A DNA stretch of 64,000 bases from a virus (lineage: Duplodnaviria > Caudoviricetes): the IMG/VR virus record IMGVR_UViG_2847593706_000001, positions 1 to 64,000 of that record. One strand, given 5' to 3'. The translations under genes and the position numbers were made by a program. Positions 29,398 to 38,173 of this stretch are shown piece after piece; within the stretch, counting starts at the first letter, position 1; every line of letters begins with the position of its first letter. A model generated the notes under the pieces. It was given only the letters and a program-made list of their open reading frames with translations, did no database searches and was not told where the DNA came from.

Positions 29398-30366
29398 TTA
29401 AATTGTTATCTCTGGTAATTCGTTGAATGAATTTGAAATACAACTTCCAATCACCATTAATCTAAAGTTCATAACTCCAATTGAATCAACAGATATGATT
29501 ACCGGTTGCATCATCGGGTATTCTTGATAGGTCCAAGTGGCTGTATTTTGTTTTTTCCAGTAAATTCTGACTGCAGATTGGTTGTTAATGACTGGATTTG
29601 TCCATGTGATTTCAAATTCCTGTGTAGTGCCAATTATTTTCTTAACAACATTTACATTAGAAACAAAGGGACAATGCATGATTTTGTCTGAACAAATAGT
29701 GATTACTTCACCAGTTACTGTTTTATATTTTATACAAACTTCTTTTGGTTCTACATTTGAGATAATAGGGAAGTGAGAACTGTCGTTTTTACAAAATAAA
29801 TAAACCATAGGGCGCTTCGTCAATGGATAAGTTCCATAGGCCCATAATCCTGTTTTGTACGAATCTAAAAGCTCATCAAAGTTTTGGCTTTCCTCATGTT
29901 GTATTACAGAATTCAATCCATACACTTCATTTGATTTTGTTCCACCACCAGAAACTGGTTGAGTCGATGAAGTACCTTGAATTGGTTCTAATTGCTCACT
30001 TTTAATAAAACCATTGGGGTCATTAAATCCATTCCGGAACTTGACATATATATGTTTGATTGTATTAGTGAACTTTTCAACAATAAAACCATTCATTATG
30101 GGAAGGTTATAATCCATTAATTCCTGAATTGTATCTTGTATATCAAATTCATATTCAGGTGACAAACCGTCATTTTTTATATATTGTGTTCTTGAAAGTG
30201 TTTTATAATAAATACCTTCAACATAAATATCACAATACACAACTGGACAAATATATTTATCTGTTGTTGAATTTGGAATCTGAGCCTTACATCTAAAAAT
30301 AAATGGTCTATAAGCAGAATTCAATGAATCTGTCTCTGGTTGATATGTAACTGCAGTAACTGGCAT
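29398..30366 (-). CDS. Tail protein with C-terminal FN3-like domain
   Basis: EITWTNP...VRIYWK...MNFRLM pattern. Confidence 0.6.
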   Translation of the reverse strand: MPVTAVTYQPETDSLNSAYRPFIFRCKAQIPNSTTDKYICPVVYCDIYVEGIYYKTLSRTQYIKNDGLSPEYEFDIQDTIQELMDYNLPIMNGFIVEKFTNTIKHIYVKFRNGFNDPNGFIKSEQLEPIQGTSSTQPVSGGGTKSNEVYGLNSVIQHEESQNFDELLDSYKTGLWAYGTYPLTKRPMVYLFCKNDSSHFPIISNVEPKEVCIKYKTVTGEVITICSDKIMHCPFVSNVNVVKKIIGTTQEFEITWTNPVINNQSAVRIYWKKQNTATWTYQEYPMMQPVIISVDSIGVMNFRLMVIGSCISNSFNELPEITI

Positions 30367-30857
30367 TATATTATTTCAGATTTTTGTTTATCAAGTTCAT
30401 TAAAAAAAAGAGTATCCATTCCTTTATCCATTACAGAGTCAACTTCACGTTCTTTTTTTTTCCAAGTCGCCTGGATGAAATATCTTCTTTCTCCTGTTTT
30501 TGAAAGCATTCTTGAATATTCTGTTGGTACACCTTCACGTAGATGATGAGGAAGAAGTCTTTTAGCTTTTTTAAATGCTCTTTTTGCGTCAAAACCTAAT
30601 TTGAGATAAAAACCATACAAAGCTTTTAAATGGGTAGATGCACTCCCTAATTCTGAAGGGCGAACCCCAAATTCCATTTTTTGAATATAGTCTACTGCAT
30701 AGCCTTCCAGAATACTAATGTTTTTCTGTTCTTTAATTTTTACATTTCCTTTGATGGTAGCCTCAAGTTCATCCAACAGAACATGTCCTTGAAGGTGTAA
30801 TTCTTGAATAATACCTTCATTTAAGATCTGGGAAATACGCTGTAACTCTGCATTCAT
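30366..30857 (-). CDS. Neck/tail completion-like protein
   Basis: YIQKMEFGVRP and RYFIQ motifs like HK97 gp10-type proteins. Confidence 0.6.
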   Translation of the reverse strand: MNAELQRISQILNEGIIQELHLQGHVLLDELEATIKGNVKIKEQKNISILEGYAVDYIQKMEFGVRPSELGSASTHLKALYGFYLKLGFDAKRAFKKAKRLLPHHLREGVPTEYSRMLSKTGERRYFIQATWKKKEREVDSVMDKGMDTLFFNELDKQKSEII

Positions 30858-31123
30858 AATCTTTGTAGCTTTTGATATTCATTTTCAAGTTCAATAAGAA
30901 ATGGTTTCATTTGATTAAAGTTTGTAAGAATATTTCTTAAACAAATTGGGCAGCTTGTCACTTCTTTTCCAGGTTCAATAAAGGTGTGCCAGATCTTCAA
31001 CAATTTTTGCATATTGGAGTTATCCCAAACTGCAACAGTATTTGAAATTATGTCACTTTCTGTAAGTAGAACCTGACTTCTTACTTCATCCGGAATTTTG
31101 GCAGCTATATTCTTAATGCTCAT
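30854..31123 (-). CDS. Small helical CxxC protein (89 aa)
   Basis: LLKIWHTF...TSCPICLRNIL; overlaps both neighbours. Confidence 0.75.
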   Translation of the reverse strand: MSIKNIAAKIPDEVRSQVLLTESDIISNTVAVWDNSNMQKLLKIWHTFIEPGKEVTSCPICLRNILTNFNQMKPFLIELENEYQKLQRL

Positions 31124-31709
31124 GATGTGGGTGTAATTCGTTTGTGTTTATAGTAAAATTGTTAATATCATCTACAGAATAGTCTTCAATATCACAGCTG
31201 ATTGATAGGTCAAGTTCAAATGTTAATCCTACACCTGCAAGGTTGTCATTCCCAACACCTGAAAAACGTTCTATCATATCAATAGATGTGCATTCTCTCA
31301 AACCGGCTTCTGGAAATTTTTCAATTAACATATTCAGGAATCTTCGGAAGTCTTTGGCACAAACCCCCATATCCTTCCAAATCTGTTCGGTAGTATGTTG
31401 CGATAGGTTATTGAAAGGGTTTCTGTTTTGAGTTCCGTTAACATCATTATATTGTGGAGTAAGAAACAATAATCTACATCTATATTTGCTCCAATTGGTG
31501 TCAAAGTTTGGCAGTTCCACTGGTGGAAACATTATACAAATAGGATATTTATTTCCGTCTGATATTCCCTTCAGAAAATCTTTTAGAACTTCACCTGCAT
31601 TGTCTTTATTAAGTTCATCACCATAATTTGGTCCGGTCACAAATCTTCTCATTACCTTTGATTTAGTAATGATGTCTTTAAATAATTGATATAATCCTAA
31701 TTCATTCAT
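31113..31709 (-). CDS. Tail terminator-like protein
   Basis: YPI..MFP and RFS...DNLAGV.LTFEL patterns; position in tail module. Confidence 0.6.
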   Translation of the reverse strand: MNELGLYQLFKDIITKSKVMRRFVTGPNYGDELNKDNAGEVLKDFLKGISDGNKYPICIMFPPVELPNFDTNWSKYRCRLLFLTPQYNDVNGTQNRNPFNNLSQHTTEQIWKDMGVCAKDFRRFLNMLIEKFPEAGLRECTSIDMIERFSGVGNDNLAGVGLTFELDLSISCDIEDYSVDDINNFTINTNELHPHHEH

Positions 31710-31710
31710 T

Positions 31711-31968
31711 TTATTTCTTCCATAGGTTCATTGGACACTTTTCATCTTCAACCAGGCTTTTTTCAATGATTGGACAACCACATTTTTCACATGCCTTTGT
31801 TTTTTCCTCCATTGCTTGATTCTCTCTAAACTTTAAAAAAGATTTCTCAACAGCAAAAGGGCAATTCCGGCACACTACAAGTCTTTGTTCAGAAAGTATT
31901 CTTATTTTTTCTGACACTGAAAAGTAGGACCGGAACCAACCTTTTAATATGTGAATGGGTTTTAACAT
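31711..31968 (-). CDS. Cys-rich metal-binding-like protein
   Basis: RLVVCRNCP...CEKCGCP...CPMNLW; likely start ATG 31968. Confidence 0.75.
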   Translation of the reverse strand: MLKPIHILKGWFRSYFSVSEKIRILSEQRLVVCRNCPFAVEKSFLKFRENQAMEEKTKACEKCGCPIIEKSLVEDEKCPMNLWKK

Positions 31969-32087
31969 CCGCAAAACCAATATTTATGAATGATAATTCC
32001 TAAACCAATGCAGACTGCAGCCATAATTAAGATTACAACGCAACCGGCTCCCAACTGGGCTTTATTGATTTGATTATTATTTTCCAT
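31962..32087 (-). CDS. Unannotated 41-aa single-TM microprotein
   Basis: MENNNQINKAQLGAGCVVILIMAAVCIGLGIIIHKYWFCGC; start overlaps the upstream stop (TAATG) and the end overlaps the next ATG. Confidence 0.7.
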   Translation of the reverse strand: MENNNQINKAQLGAGCVVILIMAAVCIGLGIIIHKYWFCGC

Positions 32088-32524
32088 TATCTTCCTTTGA
32101 ATGGAATTACATTCTTACCGTTTTTAGGCATCTGCAAGGCAGCTTGTGTTTGCAGTTTATTCATAAGTTCAGTTCTGATTGGAATAACCAATTCATTCCA
32201 TTGTTTTGATAGATCATCAGAATAGAACAGATAAACATGATATTCGTTTGCAGGAATCCCCAGTTCTTTTGGAGATGTCCTTGTAAGTGCATTAAGCAAG
32301 AAAGAAACTGTGAACAAATTAAATTCAGGCTTTTCCTTCAATAGTTCGTTCAATAACCCTCCATAGATGGAAACATCACAATCCAAGTGATATAATGAAC
32401 TTACATCCATTAATTTTTTCCAGATGGGAATTAAATGGTGTGCATTCTCTTTTGGAATTTCAAATTTTACTACTTCAAGTCTTTCTTTGAATAATTTTTC
32501 AAAATCTTGCTGTTGTTGATTCAT
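32087..32524 (-). CDS. Hypothetical protein (145 aa)
   Basis: ATG ORF preceded by palindrome copy 4. Confidence 0.7.
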   Translation of the reverse strand: MNQQQQDFEKLFKERLEVVKFEIPKENAHHLIPIWKKLMDVSSLYHLDCDVSIYGGLLNELLKEKPEFNLFTVSFLLNALTRTSPKELGIPANEYHVYLFYSDDLSKQWNELVIPIRTELMNKLQTQAALQMPKNGKNVIPFKGR

Positions 32525-32544
32525 TTTAAATATGTTTTTAAATA

Positions 32545-32563
32545 TGTTGTTTTTAAGACAATA
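32545..32563. promoter_or_regulatory. TATTGT-N7-ACAATA palindrome, copy 4 (one mismatch)
   Basis: TGTTGTTTTTAAGACAATA. Confidence 0.6.
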
Positions 32564-32627
32564 TTTGTGAGTAAAACCCGGTCTACTTTATTTCAACCGG
32601 GAAAACACACAAATGAAAAAAAGTTTG

Positions 32628-32701
32628 AGCAAAGTAGCAGATTTGAACTGCTGAACATCCGGGTTGCAATCGGCTCCCTTAGACCACTCGGGCAACTTTG
32701 C
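32628..32701 (-). tRNA. Phage tRNA-Cys(GCA)
   Basis: Acceptor GCAAAGT/ACTTTGC, D-loop AGTGG, anticodon loop TTGCAAC, T-arm AGCAG-TTCAAAT-CTGCT, discriminator U; only 3 of 5 anticodon-stem pairs are Watson-Crick; CCA not encoded. Confidence 0.8.
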
Positions 32702-32804
32702 ATTTAAAGCACTTAAAAGATCTTCTGTGCTGATTAGGGTTTATTGAAATTAAATGATCATTGAATGTTTACTAACCACCCCGTTCGATAAGTGCTTTAT
32801 TATT

Positions 32805-33092
32805 TTAATTCGTTTTTAAACTTTCATAATATTCCTGGATGAACTCTTCATGATCTTTTTGTTCAGAAGCCCAAATAAGAATGTCATAAGCTTTAGTTTC
32901 CTTTATATTTTGCAGGTTTGACTTTTCATTGTTCCGGTAGAATATCGTTCCCTTTTCGGCAACATATGTCAAGAATGCTACCCATCCCCATTTTTCAAAG
33001 TGCGCTGCTAAATTTGGTCCATCTCCTGATTTTCCTCCTGTGAATACACTAAAGTTTCCAAGTACATATTCATTGAATTCTGCAAAAAAAAA
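32805..33092 (-). CDS. -1 frameshift extension (gpGT-like) of the 33008-33700 protein
   Basis: 9-T run in GGT TTT TTT TTG (33084-33092); -1 frame open about 93 codons (FAEFNEYV...EKWGWVAF...ESLKTN*). Confidence 0.75.
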   Translation of the reverse strand, partial: FFFAEFNEYVLGNFSVFTGGKSGDGPNLAAHFEKWGWVAFLTYVAEKGTIFYRNNEKSNLQNIKETKAYDILIWASEQKDHEEFIQEYYESLKTN

Positions 33093-33700
33093 CCTAGCGC
33101 CATTGTTATATCCATAGGTAAATCATACATTAATTCTAGTCTTTCGTTACCAGGTGAAAGCCAACTTTCTTGAAACTCTTCTCCTTCTTTTTTAAGATAG
33201 ATAGCAGCCAGGTAGGGGATGGCTTCCCATTTACCAACAGATAACTCCTGCATTTGCTTAATAATCTGTTTTGAAGTAATCAGCTCATTGAAGGTGATCT
33301 TACTTTCATTAGAAAGGACTGGTGGCTCAATCTTCCAGAATTCGTCATTAAATAAATAATCTGTTTGTAACTCAATATGGTCCTGCTCTTCAAACAACTG
33401 GTGAAAACATGAAAAATATAATTTCATTACATCATCAATGTTCATTTCATTTTCAACTTCTTCAATCGGAATTCCCGTGAAATATGAAATATTCATTACT
33501 GCAATGGAAACATTCATCAGAGAAATATCCATTTCATCCACTTCCAGTTCATTCCCATCTTCATCCTTCTGGAAAATATTGTCGTGAAGCTGCTTTATTT
33601 CTTCCCTAAATAACTGATCAAATCCAATTCTTTGACGAACTGTGATCTGATTAAGTGTAACGGGCAATGAATACTTTTTTCCTTTGAAGTGAAAATCCAT
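33008..33700 (-). CDS. Probable tail assembly chaperone (gpG-like)
   Basis: Acidic 230-aa protein ending ALGFFL at a slippery T-run. Confidence 0.65.
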   Translation of the reverse strand: MDFHFKGKKYSLPVTLNQITVRQRIGFDQLFREEIKQLHDNIFQKDEDGNELEVDEMDISLMNVSIAVMNISYFTGIPIEEVENEMNIDDVMKLYFSCFHQLFEEQDHIELQTDYLFNDEFWKIEPPVLSNESKITFNELITSKQIIKQMQELSVGKWEAIPYLAAIYLKKEGEEFQESWLSPGNERLELMYDLPMDITMALGFFLQNSMNMYLETLVYSQEENQEMDQI

Positions 33701-34416
33701 TATTTCTTGTTTTGGTTTGGCGTTGTAGTCGTTTTATTGCCTTTAGAAACCTGATCTGTTTCAAGGTTTTGGTTTGCAACAACAGTAGGCGTTTGAGATT
33801 CTTGGATTGCAGTTTCAGCCGGATCCGGAATCTGTTGTTCCTTTTTCTGATCAGTTTGACCAGTCTTCACTTCATTGTCCAGATTTACATTACCAGTTGA
33901 GGCTTCGTTAAGTACTTTTTTTGCAGCTTCTCTTTCTGTTTCAAGGTTTTGGTTTGCAATGATCTTTTCCTTGATTTTTTCAATATAAGCACCATCAATT
34001 TTGGCTTCTCTATAATCATTTAGACCAGCAACCTTTGCAACACCACGTATTTCAATTTCTTTTAAAGAATCTAATAAATCAATGTTATCTCGGTTAAGCA
34101 AATTATCATGAAGCAGCTGGATTGTTTCCTTGAATGATTCTTCATCAGAAATTGAAATTGGCGTAAGTTGTAATGTTTTCGGGACAGGTGTTTTAACTTG
34201 TTTACCTAATACTGATGTTAGTGGTTGAGGCTTAAATGCTCCTTTGCCTTCACTTCTGACGGTACCGGTTGCGTATGAAAGGGAATTGACATATTGATTA
34301 AAAACCGATTCAGTTCTTATACAAAAGGTTAGATTATCCTGATGCCTTTTGAGGATCTTTGCTTTCATTTCCTCAACATCTTTGATTGTTTCTTCAACTT
34401 GTTCTGGATTTAGCAT
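33700..34416 (-). CDS. Hypothetical protein with low-complexity C-terminus
   Basis: 238 aa; internal 25-bp direct repeat. Confidence 0.75.
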   Translation of the reverse strand: MLNPEQVEETIKDVEEMKAKILKRHQDNLTFCIRTESVFNQYVNSLSYATGTVRSEGKGAFKPQPLTSVLGKQVKTPVPKTLQLTPISISDEESFKETIQLLHDNLLNRDNIDLLDSLKEIEIRGVAKVAGLNDYREAKIDGAYIEKIKEKIIANQNLETEREAAKKVLNEASTGNVNLDNEVKTGQTDQKKEQQIPDPAETAIQESQTPTVVANQNLETDQVSKGNKTTTTPNQNKK

Positions 34417-34457
34417 AATTAGTAAGATTAAATGTTTGTGTAAATTTAAATAAAAAA

Positions 34458-34476
34458 TATTGTTTTTAAAACAATA
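34458..34476. promoter_or_regulatory. TATTGT-N7-ACAATA palindrome, copy 5
   Basis: AAAATATTGTTTTTAAAACAATATTTT immediately after the terL stop. Confidence 0.65.
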
Positions 34477-34478
34477 TT

Positions 34479-36044
34479 TTAATCTAAAAAGTTTAGTAAC
34501 TCAAGACCATTGTCAAAATCTCTGGAAGAGTGGGAGTGTACAGGTGCAATTTGATTCACTTTATAATACCACCATTCATTCATCATAAAGCCATCAAGAA
34601 CATCCGGGCTTTCTCCACTAAGAAGATTTTTCATTTCGCTTTTCTTCATTATACGAAGTTTCCCTTCATCATCAATCTTATCTCGCTTGATTGCCTTTCT
34701 TTCCCATATCATTCTTTCTTTCAATGTCATTTCATCATCATATCTCTTGTTCGCCACTTCGGGAGGAATGTAATATTCACCCATTGAAACGGCTTCACCT
34801 GACTTGTAGTAGCACTGAGTTTTGAGATTGAAATAATTTTCAATTTCTTCTGTTTCATCATTTGGTAACGGCCGTGAACCGTTATTGAATTCTTGAGCAC
34901 CTTGAATGAACCCATCAACGAATTGGCCAACTCCGTCATTGTCAAATAGGATATTGCTTTCCGGAACATTGTATGAGAATGCAGCTTGCTTAATCAGGTC
35001 AATAACCTCATTACCTTTTGACTTATCCATCACAAAGAAATCCAACACACGCTTTCCGGACCAAACCCAAATGGTGAACTTGTTAGATCCTTTCATTGCA
35101 ATATCGGTTGTTATACGCTTCTCACCATGAGGAACAAAAGAATTGGTGAATATGTCCAGGAACTTCTTGAATGAATAAATATCATCACCCTTGGAAGATA
35201 CCTTCCAGTTACCCAATAAAAGTCTTTGCCTTTCAGCTTCATCCTGTGCGTTGAGGTTACCTAAATAAGCCGGGTTAACTCTCAATAACTCCTGATTATC
35301 ATATATTGATCCCGCAATGAATGTGACCGATTTGATAAAGTCATTAGGCTGAACCAATCCTTTAGACTTCTGAACCTGCGCATCAATATCCTCCTGGCAT
35401 TTCCGGTAAACTTCATCATAAGAGCTTCCCCAAACCAATTCATTATTCTGATTGTAAAAGTATCTTAACACACCTTGTCTTTCCGGAATAGGAAAACCGT
35501 AATTGGGAGAATTCGGATCTTGATCAATCCACCATGCAATGAAGTCTGCAACCCAACTATCAGGATCAGGGTTGCACGTAGCTCTAACATATGGTTTTAC
35601 CCCACACGTTGAACGGTTCCTTGACAGCATATAGAAGAACATCTTTCTTGAGAAGTGTGTAAGTTCGTCAAAACAGATAAGGGGAATTTCCGGACCTTGC
35701 CAGTCCATTTCATAAGTATTCGGATCCAGATGGGAAAACTTCAATTTCACTCCACTTTCAAATCTCCATTCCAAAGTGTATTCCCGGGGATCGGCCCCGC
35801 TTATTTTACCATATATTTTTTTTGATGAATCCCATAAACCTCCCTCGGTCCTGATCATTGGGGTGGTTTTCCTGAATATAACAGCCCCAAAGTTTTCAAC
35901 GTTGATGTGACGGATAGGCTCTAAAAGCAAAGAAAACGTTTTCCCTACACCTGCAGCAGCCCCGCCAATAAGAATATCAGCGGGGGAGGAAAGAGCATCC
36001 ATTTGATAACCCTCTTGAGGTCGTATGATGTTGATACTACTCAC
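34479..36044 (-). CDS. terL: Terminase large subunit
   Basis: GAAAGVGKT Walker A, CFDELTHF Walker B, RATCNP, nuclease Asp residues (TTDIA, SPDVLD). Confidence 0.95.
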   Translation of the reverse strand: MSSINIIRPQEGYQMDALSSPADILIGGAAAGVGKTFSLLLEPIRHINVENFGAVIFRKTTPMIRTEGGLWDSSKKIYGKISGADPREYTLEWRFESGVKLKFSHLDPNTYEMDWQGPEIPLICFDELTHFSRKMFFYMLSRNRSTCGVKPYVRATCNPDPDSWVADFIAWWIDQDPNSPNYGFPIPERQGVLRYFYNQNNELVWGSSYDEVYRKCQEDIDAQVQKSKGLVQPNDFIKSVTFIAGSIYDNQELLRVNPAYLGNLNAQDEAERQRLLLGNWKVSSKGDDIYSFKKFLDIFTNSFVPHGEKRITTDIAMKGSNKFTIWVWSGKRVLDFFVMDKSKGNEVIDLIKQAAFSYNVPESNILFDNDGVGQFVDGFIQGAQEFNNGSRPLPNDETEEIENYFNLKTQCYYKSGEAVSMGEYYIPPEVANKRYDDEMTLKERMIWERKAIKRDKIDDEGKLRIMKKSEMKNLLSGESPDVLDGFMMNEWWYYKVNQIAPVHSHSSRDFDNGLELLNFLD

Positions 36045-36169
36045 TATCTTGCTACATCGGCTATTTTAAACCCGAATACATAAAAATATTTTCTTCTGTT
36101 ACCCTTAAACACCCATATAGATGTTGAAAATGGTGTCAGTAAGAATCTAAAATCAATTATTCTGTGCAT
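36044..36169 (-). CDS. Unannotated 41-aa ORF between terS and terL
   Basis: MHRIIDFRFLLTPFSTSIWVFKGNRRKYFYVFGFKIADVAR; its TAG overlaps the GTG start of terL. Confidence 0.5.
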   Translation of the reverse strand: MHRIIDFRFLLTPFSTSIWVFKGNRRKYFYVFGFKIADVAR

Positions 36170-36171
36170 AA

Positions 36172-36690
36172 TTATCTGTTGTTATTTGGTAATTGAAATA
36201 TTGTGACTTGTGAATCCCCCTTCTTTTGCTCATTGTCTTTTGAATAGAATCCTAACATCCGGTTTATGGTGTCGATAGCCTTTAACTTATCATATGATTC
36301 TATTTTTTTGACAGTAGATTCAACAAAGGCTTCACCCCGCAGCTCCGTCTTTTCAGATTGAACCGTTACAGACTTTATTGAGGCCGAAACATCGTTTTGT
36401 AGGTCCGATATGTTTATAAGACGGCCAAGATCATCAAAATAATTTTTCACGTCTCCAAACGCAATCTTCACAAGCTCCTGCAACACCTTTGTTTGAGTAA
36501 TGTCCAATTCTTGTGATTTTTTTTCCTGAAGTTCTGAAATGTAATTCTGAATGTCAAGTTTTGACAAGTTTTCTGATCCAATCTGTCTGGCATTATCAGA
36601 ACTATATCCGGAACGGATGGCAGCCTGTGTTGCGTTGAGATCAATCAGGTATTCTTCACAAAATCTTTTCTGTTTGTCTGTAAGGTTCAT
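36172..36690 (-). CDS. terS: Terminase small subunit
   Basis: LTDKQKRFCEEYLIDLNATQAAIRSGYS signature. Confidence 0.95.
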   Translation of the reverse strand: MNLTDKQKRFCEEYLIDLNATQAAIRSGYSSDNARQIGSENLSKLDIQNYISELQEKKSQELDITQTKVLQELVKIAFGDVKNYFDDLGRLINISDLQNDVSASIKSVTVQSEKTELRGEAFVESTVKKIESYDKLKAIDTINRMLGFYSKDNEQKKGDSQVTIFQLPNNNR

Positions 36691-36699
36691 TCTTAAATT

Positions 36700-36978
36700 T
36701 TAAAGTCCTATATGAGCATTTAAGCTCTTAACGTATGATTCTTTCTTTGGATCAATATGACAGGTTCTTTGTACATGGTAGATCTTTATGGGGTATGCTC
36801 CTGCATCTTCTGCAAACATGAAGTCTTCTCCACACGTTGCAATATTTCCATTATTGTCAACCCACAAATATTTTTCTGACATAGGAAGATCTGCAATAGC
36901 TCCTGGGAAAGAATTAATCCAATGGTTCTTTGAACGTATTTCAAAAACCAATTGACCATTTATTTTTATTTCCTGCAT
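36700..36978 (-). CDS. Hypothetical phage protein
   Basis: ORF in tightly packed array. Confidence 0.65.
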   Translation of the reverse strand: MQEIKINGQLVFEIRSKNHWINSFPGAIADLPMSEKYLWVDNNGNIATCGEDFMFAEDAGAYPIKIYHVQRTCHIDPKKESYVKSLNAHIGL

Positions 36979-36981
36979 AAA

Positions 36982-37395
36982 TTAATATATTGGTGGTTTT
37001 GGTTGAGGTATTCTTTGATAGTGGGTGTTGAACTCCATCCAAAGATCAATTGTAGTTTCACAGTCCCAATCAATGTAATCAAAATCAATTCTATTTTCTG
37101 ACACTTTGTTTTTAACCCAATAATGACCTTTCTCTTTTGGAAGGTCTTCTTCACTTTCAATTTTAATCCAACCATTATTGTCATTAATTCCATTTAAAGA
37201 AACAGGTCTTTTGAAATAGCAATATTTTGGATCATATGGGTCCATTGTTTCAAGTTCTATTCCCTCCAACCCCTTAGAGTTCCCAAAGTCTCCCCATAGG
37301 GCCTTGAAATCACACCATCCGTTTTCATCCACATAGGGTTTTACCTTCTCCCAGTGGCTGCTGTAGGCTTCCTGTATTTTTTCCTGCTTCTTCAT
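36982..37395 (-). CDS. DUF551-like protein (paralog of 39640-40113)
   Basis: NNGWIKIESEEDLP...THYQRIPQPKPPIY. Confidence 0.7.
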   Translation of the reverse strand: MKKQEKIQEAYSSHWEKVKPYVDENGWCDFKALWGDFGNSKGLEGIELETMDPYDPKYCYFKRPVSLNGINDNNGWIKIESEEDLPKEKGHYWVKNKVSENRIDFDYIDWDCETTIDLWMEFNTHYQRIPQPKPPIY

Positions 37396-37637
37396 TGCTT
37401 TGATTTTAGGGTTTCCAAGTCCGTATTTCCGGATGAAAGAAGTTTGTATTGCTCATTATTCAAAAAAAACAATACAGGAGTACATTTGCCAGTTTGAATA
37501 TTTATTAAAGCTTTCAAATCTGCACCCATTGTTATCTGTGCCCCCTGCTTAACGCTTTTACCTTCAACGAAGGTGTCAGCACGGGTAATGTCTAAATCAT
37601 TTGAGGCCATAAAAGCCATAATTTCAAGTAAATTCAT
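37392..37637 (-). CDS. Hypothetical phage protein
   Basis: ATGA-coupled ORF. Confidence 0.6.
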   Translation of the reverse strand: MNLLEIMAFMASNDLDITRADTFVEGKSVKQGAQITMGADLKALINIQTGKCTPVLFFLNNEQYKLLSSGNTDLETLKSKQ

Positions 37638-37657
37638 ATTGTTGTTTTTTTATGGGT

Positions 37658-38158
37658 TTATATTCCGATTTTTTTTAAGGCAGCAGGGGAGAGGTACAGG
37701 GTTATATCCGGACAATTTGCCAACTCTTCAACAGTTCGTGCGGAGAATTTTCCAAAAATGAAAAGGCCGGTTTCTTTTGAGATCATGAACCTTCTATTAT
37801 TCATAAAAACAACATCTTCACCATCTTCATAATCATCTATCAGAAATAAGCATTTCTTTTTTGCTTCCTCCCATTCTCCATATTTGGCATTCTGCCCTTC
37901 ATCCACACACCCTTCATTCCAAAAATCAACAGATTCTTCAGAGTGCGGTTCCATAAGAAGATTCCCTTCATTATCCATTGGGACCATCATTCCGACTTCC
38001 AATTCTTGAGTGAGGAAATCAGCATAATTTGGGACTTCCGTGATAAATTGGAGAACCGTATATTTCGGCTCCCCAACTCTCTCTTGAATCTTACTAAACA
38101 TTTTGTCACTTTGCATTTTCACAAAGCTTGTCATTGACATTAATTCTAAATTTTCCAT
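37658..38158 (-). CDS. Hypothetical phage protein
   Basis: First gene after the promoter/palindrome at 38174-38206. Confidence 0.7.
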   Translation of the reverse strand: MENLELMSMTSFVKMQSDKMFSKIQERVGEPKYTVLQFITEVPNYADFLTQELEVGMMVPMDNEGNLLMEPHSEESVDFWNEGCVDEGQNAKYGEWEEAKKKCLFLIDDYEDGEDVVFMNNRRFMISKETGLFIFGKFSARTVEELANCPDITLYLSPAALKKIGI

Positions 38159-38173
38159 GAGTGTAAAGTATTA

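Noticed and set aside
32507-32707. 66-aa plus-strand ORF
   Set aside because: Overlaps the minus-strand tRNA-Cys and palindrome; likely spurious.
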